Assembly: GCA_034520665.1 (NCBI GenBank)
Contig: JAXHNJ010000002.1
Span: forward strand, 416,660 to 480,659
Source of the DNA: Patescibacteria group bacterium
GTDB taxonomy: Bacteria; Patescibacteriota; Patescibacteriia; JAXHNJ01
Direction of reading: 5' to 3'
DNA length: 64,000 nucleotides
Below are positions 43,825-53,149 of the stretch, piece by piece (position 1 is the stretch's first letter; each line of letters opens with the position of its first letter). A program made the position numbers and the translations under genes. The notes below the pieces were generated by a model. It was not told the origin of the DNA. It did no database searches and was given only the letters and a program-made list of their open reading frames with translations.

Positions 43825-46800
43825 ATAAAAAAGACCCGTGGTAATGAATTTATCACGGGTCAGATTAAAGTAAAAAAAGTGTTTAACTGCAATCACACCA
43901 TTTTCTAGCATTTTGGAACATCTGGAGCCAGGGAGATGCCTTAAGTTTATATCTCCAGTCTTTGGGCATCCAGGGCCATTGCCACTTAAGAAAAACGCGT
44001 TCTGGATGCGGCATCATGGCCAGGTGCCGACCGTCTGGTGAACAGAGAGCCGTGATTCCCTTGGGAGAGCCATTAGGATTTAAGGGATAACTTTCTGTCG
44101 CTCTTCCTGTTTCATCGGTATATACTAATGGTGTCAAGTTTTGGAAAACTATATCTTTTAGGATTTCTGAATCAGGACAATGAAGTTGTCCCTCACCATG
44201 AGCGACCCAAATTCCTAAAACAGAATTAGCCATGTCGCCCAACATAATGGAAGGACTTGGCATAATTTTAGTAGTTACCCAACGGGATTCAAAGAGCCCC
44301 GAAGTGTTTTGGATGAAACGAGGTTGTTTATCTTCATCAATGCCTTTCCAAGGTACCCAACCAAGTAGAGCCATCAACTGACAGCCATTACAGACACCAA
44401 GCGAGAAAGTGTCTTCACGCCGGTAAAAACGTTCAAACATTTTTCGCAGTTTGGGATTGAAAAGGATGATTCCGGCCCAACCCTTTGCGCTATCCAGTAC
44501 GTCAGCGTAGGAGAAGCCACCGACAAATACTATGCCACGACATGAATCAAGATCATATTCACCGTTCAGGAGATCAGTCATGGTCACATCAACCGGAGTG
44601 AATCCAGCTGCGAAAAATGCTGAAATCATTTCTCGATCACCATTACTACCTTCTTCGCGGATGATAGCCACTTTGGGCTTGCTAGTTCGGTTCAGAACCT
44701 CCGGAGGAGTTGCTTGCGGATTAAAGGATAGCGAGTAAACTGGACTAATACGCGTTCGGTGCCTTTTAGCCTGTTGCCAGGCCAGATCGGGATCAATTTG
44801 GTGGAGCTCTAGCTGATCACTAGTAGATTCCCACCATTCAAGCAGTTTGCTCGTTGATTCACCAAAGACTAACTCTTCTTGGTGATAAATGAAAACCATA
44901 TGTTCCTGGCAGGAATTTCCCAAAGTTAGACACGGTGAAACACCATACTCTTTAAGAATACTGGCAACTTCAAATTCGTTTTTAGGCAGAACCTCAAGTA
45001 CTAGACCCAGTTCTTCCGAGAACAGGTATTCAAGGGTAGTGACGTTGTCAGGCACCTTCACTTTTATCCCACAGTTGCCGGACATGGACATCTCCACCAG
45101 TGTGGTAATAAGCCCGCCATCACTGATGTCGTGGCCAGCCAAGACGAGATCGTGGTCGATCATTGCCTGAATAGCTAAAAAGACATTTTTCAGAAGTTCG
45201 GGATTATCGACATCCGGAGATTCGTTACCAATCTGCTTGTTGATCTGAGCTAGAGCCGAGCCACCCAGACGGTGCTTACCCGGCGCCATAGGAATATAAA
45301 GCAGAGAGCTATTCCCTGGTTGTTTGATATCCGGAGTTAAGATTTGAGTGATGTCAGGCATAGTAGCGTAGGCCGAAATAACCAACTGCCCTGGTGCTTT
45401 GACAGTTTCGTCGCCTACCTTAGCAGCCATGGACAAACTATCCTTACCGCCATCCACGGCGATACCTAATGCAATCATCAGATCTCGCATAGCTAGGGCA
45501 GCATCATGCAGTTTAGCCCCTTCACCGGGAAGCTTGGCCGCCCACATCCAGTTAGCTGAACACTTGATGTGTTTCAAGTCACTGATGCGAGCGAAGACCA
45601 TATTGGTCAAGGCTTCAGCTACGGCCATCCTAGCGCCAGCAGATGAATTGACTAACATCTTGATCGGTTGTTCACCGATAGATATGGCACTGCCTGTCAG
45701 TCCGAAATGACTCTGAGCCACTGCGGATACATCAGATACTGGTAGTTGCAGCGGACCACAGCATTGTTGTCTGGCGATTAAACCAGTGACACTTCGGTCT
45801 ACCTTTCGAACTAGATAACCTTTAGAGCATACTGATGGTAACCGGAAGACTTGACGTAAAGCCTCTTTAACGCTTATGTCAGGTAAATCTAGCGGAGCCA
45901 GTTCTTCTGGCACCTCATCAATCTTAAAACTCTTCTGCGGCATATCACAGAGAATCTTACCGAGATCAAGGTCTACAGGATAGGAGTCGTCCTGGTTATC
46001 ATAAACTACGATACGACCATTACCAGTGATATTTCCCAACACCTCACAGTTGATCTTTTCGCGTCTGCAGATGGCCTTAAATTTTTCTAATTGATTTGGA
46101 TAAATCAGGAAAGCGTCGCGCTCCTGGTATTCAGCGCCCCAAATCTCGAGAACAGACATAGTGGCATCTCCAACTTGGATTTGCCGTATGTCTATTCTAC
46201 CGCCAGCCGGTTCCACTAATTCCGTCAGAACATTACACGGTCCGCCAGCTCCTTGGTCATGGATGCTCAAAATAGGATTATTACTCCCCATCTCAATACA
46301 GGCACGAATGACACGATTAACTTTCTGTTCCATTTCAGCGTCTCCGCGTTGAACAGCATTGAAGTCCAGCTCAGCCGTGTTAGCCCCTTGAATCATACTG
46401 GAGGCAGAACCACCTCCCATACCAATGCGATAGGCAGGACCTCCAACCTGGATAATTACCATGCCGGGTTCAGGAGTTTTCTTTTTGGTGTGTTGATTAT
46501 CAATCTGACCGACACCACCAGTGAACATGATCGGCTTAATCCATTCGCGTCGCTCACCATTGGGAAGCCTCAGACCGAATGTTCGAACAAAACCCTGTAT
46601 AATAGGTTCGCCGAACTTGTTGCCGTAGTCGGAAGCACCATTGCTTTCCTCAATCATGATTTTGAGGGGAGTAGCCAGGTTGCCCGGATAAGCAAAATCT
46701 GGGTTTTCACCTTTAATGTGCAGAGCACTAGGCATACCGTTGTCAGCAATCAGGAGATTACCAGTGCAATAACCAGCTGTACCAGCAACCACCAGTCCGC

Positions 46801-47961
46801 CTTGGCCCACTCCTTGTCCGTCACGGATACGCCCACCAGTTCCGGTTTCAGCACCAGGAAAAGGAGCTACTCCGCTGGGGAAGTTGTGTGTTTCGGCATT
46901 GAAGGTGATATGATACTCACGTTGCTGGAGAGCAAAAGGTGAACAGATACCAGAATTTTTTGGGATCAAGGTTTGGATCTTGTATCCTGTGATAGCACTG
47001 GCATTATCACTGAAAGCAATCAGGCTGTTGGCCGAGTTGATCTGAAGCGGAGTCTGCACGATCTGGAGTAGCGTCTCGGGAAGTACCTGTCCGTTCCGGA
47101 CAAGTTTTCCCTTGAAGAACCAGTGACGGGAATGCTCACTGTTAGCTTGACCAAGCTGGAAACATTCCACATCTGTGGGATCGCGACCGATCTCGCTGAC
47201 GAAGAGGTTGTGATAGAAGTTGAGGTCCCAGTCGTCCATTCCTAAGCCCATTTTCTGGTTGATACGCCGAAGCGCTTTTACCCCCTCGTTCATTAGAGGA
47301 ATAATACGTACGGCTTTCGGTTGGATGCCGGTAGCGAAAGTTTTCAGGGGGCGAGGATAGTGACATTCAGTCATGCGATCATGATGATTAGCTAAAAAAG
47401 TATCTATATTATCTTCCTGTGGTAAGACATGTCGTCTGGAAATTTCCAAGCGAGTTATTTTATTTAGTCCACAAGCATGACAAATTGCTACGGCATTAGT
47501 TGAAAATGCAGTGGCGAAATTCATGCGTGGTCCAACTTCAATAACAGATTTTTTTTTGGACTGAAACAAGGAATCTTTACTAAAACAATTAGGATCAAAA
47601 GTTTCAGCCAGGAGCCAAGTTAATATATTTAACTCCTGAGTAGTTAATGGTTCGGATGTTTCTACATTAAAACAGTATTCAAATGTAGAACTAGCTTCAC
47701 GGTAAAAATGTAAAACTTTATTAGTATTCATCTCCAAAACCTCCTTTTAGCTTCATTACAAGCTATTTTACAATTAAACTAATATTGATTTAGTTAAACA
47801 CTATTGTCAAAGGACACAATTTAATTAATAAAAAATAATCCCTCCTATGGATTAGTTTTTTGTATAGAAAGCTTACTATAATACTATATAATTATCAAGA
47901 AAGTTTGATTTTTAAAATACCGCTTTTATTCTTTTGAGGATGGCATGTTGATTGATTAAAT
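43780..47961. mobile_element. Integrase-less purL islet flanked by 47-bp direct repeats of the queA 3' end
   Basis: AAATACCGCTTTTATTCTTTTG(G/A)GGATGGCATG(C/T)TGATTGATTAAAT at 43780..43826 and 47915..47961 (2 mismatches); enclosed gene is visibly GC-richer. Confidence 0.75.
43883..47731 (-). CDS. purL: Phosphoribosylformylglycinamidine synthase, large single-chain type
   Basis: NSEHSRHW, ETHNFP, HDQGAGG, GGKDS, GVCNGCQ and MPHPER motifs; AGGAGG SD favours ATG at 47731. Confidence 0.97.
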   Translation of the reverse strand: MNTNKVLHFYREASSTFEYCFNVETSEPLTTQELNILTWLLAETFDPNCFSKDSLFQSKKKSVIEVGPRMNFATAFSTNAVAICHACGLNKITRLEISRRHVLPQEDNIDTFLANHHDRMTECHYPRPLKTFATGIQPKAVRIIPLMNEGVKALRRINQKMGLGMDDWDLNFYHNLFVSEIGRDPTDVECFQLGQANSEHSRHWFFKGKLVRNGQVLPETLLQIVQTPLQINSANSLIAFSDNASAITGYKIQTLIPKNSGICSPFALQQREYHITFNAETHNFPSGVAPFPGAETGTGGRIRDGQGVGQGGLVVAGTAGYCTGNLLIADNGMPSALHIKGENPDFAYPGNLATPLKIMIEESNGASDYGNKFGEPIIQGFVRTFGLRLPNGERREWIKPIMFTGGVGQIDNQHTKKKTPEPGMVIIQVGGPAYRIGMGGGSASSMIQGANTAELDFNAVQRGDAEMEQKVNRVIRACIEMGSNNPILSIHDQGAGGPCNVLTELVEPAGGRIDIRQIQVGDATMSVLEIWGAEYQERDAFLIYPNQLEKFKAICRREKINCEVLGNITGNGRIVVYDNQDDSYPVDLDLGKILCDMPQKSFKIDEVPEELAPLDLPDISVKEALRQVFRLPSVCSKGYLVRKVDRSVTGLIARQQCCGPLQLPVSDVSAVAQSHFGLTGSAISIGEQPIKMLVNSSAGARMAVAEALTNMVFARISDLKHIKCSANWMWAAKLPGEGAKLHDAALAMRDLMIALGIAVDGGKDSLSMAAKVGDETVKAPGQLVISAYATMPDITQILTPDIKQPGNSSLLYIPMAPGKHRLGGSALAQINKQIGNESPDVDNPELLKNVFLAIQAMIDHDLVLAGHDISDGGLITTLVEMSMSGNCGIKVKVPDNVTTLEYLFSEELGLVLEVLPKNEFEVASILKEYGVSPCLTLGNSCQEHMVFIYHQEELVFGESTSKLLEWWESTSDQLELHQIDPDLAWQQAKRHRTRISPVYSLSFNPQATPPEVLNRTSKPKVAIIREEGSNGDREMISAFFAAGFTPVDVTMTDLLNGEYDLDSCRGIVFVGGFSYADVLDSAKGWAGIILFNPKLRKMFERFYRREDTFSLGVCNGCQLMALLGWVPWKGIDEDKQPRFIQNTSGLFESRWVTTKIMPSPSIMLGDMANSVLGIWVAHGEGQLHCPDSEILKDIVFQNLTPLVYTDETGRATESYPLNPNGSPKGITALCSPDGRHLAMMPHPERVFLKWQWPWMPKDWRYKLKASPWLQMFQNARKWCDCS

Positions 47962-47962
47962 C

Positions 47963-47991
47963 TTGACAAAAATTAATGGATATTATAAGCT
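47963..47991 (+). promoter_or_regulatory. Putative sigma70 promoter for the downstream structured RNA
   Basis: TTGACA-17nt-TAAGCT. Confidence 0.5.
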
Positions 47992-48004
47992 GTCTAAGCT
48001 CATT

Positions 48005-48127
48005 AAAGACAATATTTGATTTCCTTCCCACCCAATCCCTATCTCTTTCTAGAGATGAACCTTTTATCTATTCTAGGAAATCAGTGTCCCTTCGGGGACA
48101 TAAGCCTTTTGGCTTGATGTTGTCTTT
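48005..48127 (+). ncRNA. Candidate structured small RNA (four-way junction), family unknown
   Basis: P1 48005-15/48117-27; P2 48017-25/48075-83; cap 48041-56; TGTCCC-TTCG-GGGACA; AAGCC-TTTT-GGCTT. Confidence 0.6.
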
Positions 48128-48128
48128 G

Positions 48129-48161
48129 GCCGGGAGAATTTTGAAACCCTCCCGGCTTTTT
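48129..48161 (+). terminator. Intrinsic terminator
   Basis: GCCGGGAG...CTCCCGGC followed by TTTTT. Confidence 0.75.
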
Positions 48162-48234
48162 ATTTAAAGTTTTTTAATAAAAAAGACATAGGCTAAAAAA
48201 GTCTGGGCCTACTTAGAATTTATAAAATTAATTA

Positions 48235-50928
48235 TTAATTAAAACCAGCTACATTAATTCCACCAGAAAAACCGGGAAAAAGATAAAAATTACTGATAAA
48301 TGATCCGTCCATTTCAAATATTTTTACTTCCGGCTTTAAACCAGATTTTACAGCGGTAATAATTTCATAAGTACCGTCATTATCATAATCACCTGTGGAT
48401 AGATTAAGGCCACCGCGAAAATCTGAAGAATAAACAAAGAATTGATCCTCTAAATCACCCTGCTCATTAAATATTCTGACATGAGGCCCGCCATTAGATA
48501 AGGGAGCCGTAATTATTTCTTCAGAGCCGTCTGAGTCTAAATCGCCGGTGGTCAAATTTACGCCACCGCGAAAATTTTCAGCGTAAGCCATAAACCATTC
48601 TTTAACATTTCCCTGATAATCAAATACTTTGACATGGGGCCCGCCGCTTGAACCAGCTCCGGTAATTATTTCAGAGATACCATCTCCGTCTGTATCCCCG
48701 CAGGCAATTTGAACCCCACCACGAAAATTTTCCGCGTAAGCAAAGAACTGTGATTTTAAATGGCCTTGATAATCAAAAACTCTTATATGCGGTCCGCCTC
48801 CGGGACCAGCGGCCGTAATAATTTCTGTTTGCCCGTCACCATCAACATCGCCGGCGGCCAGATTAACCCCGCCGCGAAATGAATTAAGATAAGCCATAAA
48901 CCAGGAGATTTCCTGAGCCCGACTGTTTAAAACTCTGACATGAGGACCACCACCTGACCCAGGAGCGGTAATGATTTCTTCAGAGCCGTCATTGTTAATA
49001 TCAGCCGCTATAATATTAACCCCGCCTTGCAAGGCTGAAGTATAAGGTAAAAAAGCGCCGGTTAATTGATTATCAGAGTCGTAGCCTTGTACTAAAGGCA
49101 AATCCCCTTTCTCTTTACCAATAAGAATATTATTTTTTTTATAGGAAAATACAGATCGTTGAATAGTGGTGTTATGTCCGGCACGATCTTTCAGAATAAA
49201 AGTTAGGTTATTTTTACCTTTACTTAAAGAAATATTTTCCGAATAATTAGCTGAATCAGTAGAAAAAGACTGATTATTAACACTAAAGTTTAAAACACCG
49301 GAAGTTTGGTCAGTAATTTGACCGGAAGAGATTAAAAAACTGCCATTAACTTTCTGATTATTAAAGGGGCGACTTAGACTTAATGAGGGAGCCGTAAGAT
49401 CAACATAAATATTAGTACTTTTTGTAATTTCTGAATTATTAATATTATCTTTAGCGTAGTATTCAATTAAATGTTTGCCTTCACTTAAAGAAAAAGATGA
49501 GGTATAAGTTTGCCAAGAGCCGGAATTAAGACGGTAATATATATTTTTAATGCCGTTTTCGTCACTGGCAGTTAAAGAAATTCTTGGCTGGCTGACATAA
49601 TAACCGTTTTCGCCGTCTGGCTCAGAAGGCGAAACATTTAAACTGGTAGTTGGTTTACCCGAGTCACTTTGAGCTAAAGCCAAAGCTGCTTCAATATCTA
49701 AAAGGCCATAGCCGTAGCTAGTATCATAGCCAGAAGCGCCTAAATCCTGAGTTGAAGAAGTCAGTAGGGCTTTAATTTGATTTGAGCTTGAGCCATAGGA
49801 GAATAAAAGCCCGGCTGCGGCGCTAATATGAGGCACGGCCTGCGAAGTGCCCGAAGCAGAGACCAGATTGTGATCTGAACAATTATTGTTACAGTATTCC
49901 GCTAAAATATTTGTGCCCGGGGCTACTAAATCTATACCCTGTCCATAGTTGGAAAAAGAAGCCAAGGTATTACTGCTATTACTGGCTCCGATCGCGATAA
50001 CTTCGGGATAGGCCGCTGGATAATAAATACGGTTAACACCGTCATTGCCGGTTGAGCTAAGCAAAATAACTTCATTATTCTGGGCGTATTTAACGGCATC
50101 ATAGAGTGTTTCTGAATAAAATTCTTCTTCACCAGTGCCAATACTCATATTAATAATATCAGCTCCGTGATTTACGGCCCATTCAATACCAGAAGCGACA
50201 TGAATAATACTGCCTTCACCATTACCATCCATCACCTTTACTGGCATAATGGAAACATTAAAAGCAATGCCAGCAATGCCTTTAGCGTTATTAGTGGAAG
50301 CGGCAATTATTTCCGTGATATTAGTACCATGACCATTATCATCATTAGCATGATTATCGTTATTAACAAAGTCATAGCCGGAAACAAAATTGGTATTAGC
50401 TAAGTCCGGAGCCTGAACATAAGTCTCATAATTTTCATAAGAAACCCCGGTATCTAAAACAGCGATTTTAACCGAAGAATCGCCGCCGTAGGGGTTAGAA
50501 TCAGAATCATAATCCCAAGCCTCAGGTGTATTGATTTTTGATAAATTCCATTGCTCACTGTAATAAGTGTCGTTAGGAGAAAAAAGATGAGTAGAAAGAT
50601 GATACTTAGGCTCAGCGTATTCAATATATAAATTATTTTGATATTGTCTGGCCAGGGCTTTAATATCTTTATTATTGGAAAAATTAATTTCATAAGCTCC
50701 ATAAAGAAGGGAGTTTTTATTATGACTCAAAGCACTAATAGTAGTAACTTGGTTATTTTTGTTAAGCTTGTCCAGGGAATAAAGTTTATTTAGATTAAGA
50801 TACTGAAATTCTTTTTTTACTTTTATTATTATTGAATCGGCTTTAATTTCTTGGGCCCGAGCTCCATTAACCAAAAAAGCTGTTATTAGACAGCTCATTA
50901 TAAAAATGTAAGTCAGATATTTTTTCAT
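48235..50928 (-). CDS. Secreted S8 subtilisin-like protease with Ig-like domains and C-terminal FG-GAP-like repeats
   Basis: Signal peptide; VLDTG, GHGT, GTSQA triad; ~42-aa repeats GGVN.A.GD.DGDG..EIIT..G.GGGPHVRVF. Confidence 0.9.
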   Translation of the reverse strand: MKKYLTYIFIMSCLITAFLVNGARAQEIKADSIIIKVKKEFQYLNLNKLYSLDKLNKNNQVTTISALSHNKNSLLYGAYEINFSNNKDIKALARQYQNNLYIEYAEPKYHLSTHLFSPNDTYYSEQWNLSKINTPEAWDYDSDSNPYGGDSSVKIAVLDTGVSYENYETYVQAPDLANTNFVSGYDFVNNDNHANDDNGHGTNITEIIAASTNNAKGIAGIAFNVSIMPVKVMDGNGEGSIIHVASGIEWAVNHGADIINMSIGTGEEEFYSETLYDAVKYAQNNEVILLSSTGNDGVNRIYYPAAYPEVIAIGASNSSNTLASFSNYGQGIDLVAPGTNILAEYCNNNCSDHNLVSASGTSQAVPHISAAAGLLFSYGSSSNQIKALLTSSTQDLGASGYDTSYGYGLLDIEAALALAQSDSGKPTTSLNVSPSEPDGENGYYVSQPRISLTASDENGIKNIYYRLNSGSWQTYTSSFSLSEGKHLIEYYAKDNINNSEITKSTNIYVDLTAPSLSLSRPFNNQKVNGSFLISSGQITDQTSGVLNFSVNNQSFSTDSANYSENISLSKGKNNLTFILKDRAGHNTTIQRSVFSYKKNNILIGKEKGDLPLVQGYDSDNQLTGAFLPYTSALQGGVNIIAADINNDGSEEIITAPGSGGGPHVRVLNSRAQEISWFMAYLNSFRGGVNLAAGDVDGDGQTEIITAAGPGGGPHIRVFDYQGHLKSQFFAYAENFRGGVQIACGDTDGDGISEIITGAGSSGGPHVKVFDYQGNVKEWFMAYAENFRGGVNLTTGDLDSDGSEEIITAPLSNGGPHVRIFNEQGDLEDQFFVYSSDFRGGLNLSTGDYDNDGTYEIITAVKSGLKPEVKIFEMDGSFISNFYLFPGFSGGINVAGFN

Positions 50929-50969
50929 GCGATAAAATATAATAATCTACCCAATTATTATATCAAAGA

Positions 50970-52871
50970 TTAGTAAATTTTAGTAATCTCAACGTTAGTA
51001 TAGTAATATTTTAAGATTTGGTTCCACGTGGAACCGTTTTTAGCCATACCGCGAGCACCAGTGCCGGACAGGCCCACGCCATGACCCCAAAGCTCCATAC
51101 CTTCACAGTGAGGATCATCTTTTGAAACTAGCCACTCTTTTTCGCCACGCCAAACCTCTGACCAGCTGCGAGTACGACCGTCTGAGCGGGAAAAATAAGG
51201 AGTGACCACAATTTCATTATTATAAGTGACGGCCTGGCCGGCCGTAGCTTGAGTGGCCTCGGTAATGCCGGGTGAGCGAATTTCCATATTGTACCCGCGA
51301 TAAACCTGATCATTGGCGGAATCATCCAAAGTAAAATTATCGTCCCGATGTTTGGTATTGACTTCAAGGTTATACAAAGCATAAGTGCGAGCGGCTGTGA
51401 CTAAGGCCTTTAAATATTCACTATGCTCAGTGCCGGAAGCTTCACCTAGTCCCCTTAAATAACTTTCTAAAGGCAATTCATTAATCACCCAAAGTTTTCG
51501 GGAAGCCGTAGAATAACGCACCTCAATATCACCTCGGAATTTATTGTCATTAATAGAAGAGTCCCAAGCTGGGCGGTTTTCAAAAGAGGTAATTTCCATG
51601 ATAATCTCATTATTTTTAGGCACAAATATGGGATAAAGAGCCGTTGATTGATTTAAATGAGGAGTTTTTATAATGTATTGGCCCTTAACAAATTCAACTG
51701 AAGAACTAGTCCCATTTATTTCATCCAATACCTGTCCTTGACTGTTTTTTAAGTAATAAGCGCCGTTGGCCTTAATAGTTACTTTTTCTGAAGTATTATA
51801 AAGTCCAATGCGGATATTTGGCTCTTCTGATAGTGTTTCTACGGCTTGAATTTGATTAGGATCAAAAACCGTAATTGGGATGGTTATCTCTCCGCCGGTT
51901 ATCCATTCCAAGTTTTCGGCTACTAAACCAAAATGTTCGGTAAATTGTCCGGTTTCATTTGGAGCTTGTAAAGCAAATTTAAAACGACCGACTTGCCCGG
52001 GTTTAACCTCATTATTCATTAAGCGGCTGGGCCGGTAATAATATTCAGACCAAAACTCATGCTGAAAAGCACTTTCTCTTCCGGCTGGCTTGGCTACATT
52101 CAAGGCAATAAAATTTTCACCCGTATTGTACCAAGTTTTAGTGCCCCGGTTTTTAAAATCAACCCAGAAAGTCAGAGATTCACCTTTTTCAATTTCTATT
52201 TTTGAAGCCTTGGCCCCAACTAACTCAGCCTGGTATTCCGGTACCACTTCAATGGTTATATCAAATTTCCCGCCAGTAATCCACTCCAAATTTTCGGCTA
52301 CCAAACCAAAACTTTCTGAATAATTACCCGGTTTTTCCGGAGCTTTTAAAGCAAAAGTAAAACGACCGACTTCTCCGGGCTTAACTTCACTGTTAGAAAG
52401 CCGTCCGGGCCGATAATAATATTCAGACCAAAATTCATGCTGAAAAAGGCTCTGCCGGCCGGCTGGATCCGATACATTCAAAGCAATAAAATTTTCTCCT
52501 GAATTGTGCCAAGTTTTAGAGCCAGTGTTTTTGAAATCAACCCAGAAAGTTAAAGACTTGCCCGGATAAATTCTAATAGAATCATAAGCTTTATTAATTA
52601 ATTCGGCTTGATAGTCTTTGCTAGTAGTTTTTAAACCTAAAACCTGGCCATTAGTTAAATAACCTTTTCTAAAATTATAACTAGCCGATTGTAAGGAGTT
52701 AGGTTTTTCTTCCTGGGCTTGGACTTCATTTTTATTAATAATTTTTTCTTCAATTAGACGCAAGCCAAAAGCGCTTAAACTAATAATGACAATCATAAAA
52801 ACCGCCGGAAATAATATTTCCCTGAACTTTATACGGCCGTATTTAATTTTTGTTTTGCTTTTCATAACCAA
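50970..52871 (-). CDS. SpoIID/LytB-domain peptidoglycan hydrolase with two tandem Ig-like repeats
   Basis: INELPLESYLRG..E, A...AARTYA, DQVYRG, GHGVGLS..GA and ILKYYY motifs; 378-bp internal duplication. Confidence 0.88.
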   Translation of the reverse strand: MVMKSKTKIKYGRIKFREILFPAVFMIVIISLSAFGLRLIEEKIINKNEVQAQEEKPNSLQSASYNFRKGYLTNGQVLGLKTTSKDYQAELINKAYDSIRIYPGKSLTFWVDFKNTGSKTWHNSGENFIALNVSDPAGRQSLFQHEFWSEYYYRPGRLSNSEVKPGEVGRFTFALKAPEKPGNYSESFGLVAENLEWITGGKFDITIEVVPEYQAELVGAKASKIEIEKGESLTFWVDFKNRGTKTWYNTGENFIALNVAKPAGRESAFQHEFWSEYYYRPSRLMNNEVKPGQVGRFKFALQAPNETGQFTEHFGLVAENLEWITGGEITIPITVFDPNQIQAVETLSEEPNIRIGLYNTSEKVTIKANGAYYLKNSQGQVLDEINGTSSSVEFVKGQYIIKTPHLNQSTALYPIFVPKNNEIIMEITSFENRPAWDSSINDNKFRGDIEVRYSTASRKLWVINELPLESYLRGLGEASGTEHSEYLKALVTAARTYALYNLEVNTKHRDDNFTLDDSANDQVYRGYNMEIRSPGITEATQATAGQAVTYNNEIVVTPYFSRSDGRTRSWSEVWRGEKEWLVSKDDPHCEGMELWGHGVGLSGTGARGMAKNGSTWNQILKYYYTNVEITKIY

Positions 52872-53149
52872 TAAAAAAAATGGCCAAAGCTTTTTGGCAC
52901 ACTTTATATTTATTCACCTAAGTGTTGGCTCTTTATTTCTAATCTAATTGTAGCATAGATTTTACAAAAAGTCAACCCCTCGTCTCCCTAAGGGAGACTT
53001 CGGCTTACCAGCAAGCTGATGTTAAAAAAGCAACTGTTAAATAATTTAAAATATTTTTTGTTACTTTTGAAACAATATAATTACATTGACCAGGGACCTT
53101 TAAAATGATAATATCAAGAAGTAAAATTAATTTTTTTATACTGGAAAAT

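Noticed and set aside
46253-46942. 229-aa ORF and other + strand ORFs inside purL
   Set aside because: Antisense shadows of a GC-richer gene, with no recognisable motifs or RBS
48057-48074. Partial complementarity of the ncRNA loop to GATAAAAAGGTT in the tRNA array leader
   Set aside because: Short, gapped and AT-rich; likely chance
47976-48167. 63-aa ORF over the ncRNA candidate
   Set aside because: Starts inside the promoter spacer, has no RBS, runs through the terminator and has no protein-like features
48240-49030. ~126-bp DNA repeats as a possible array
   Set aside because: In-frame FG-GAP-like protein repeats of the S8 protease
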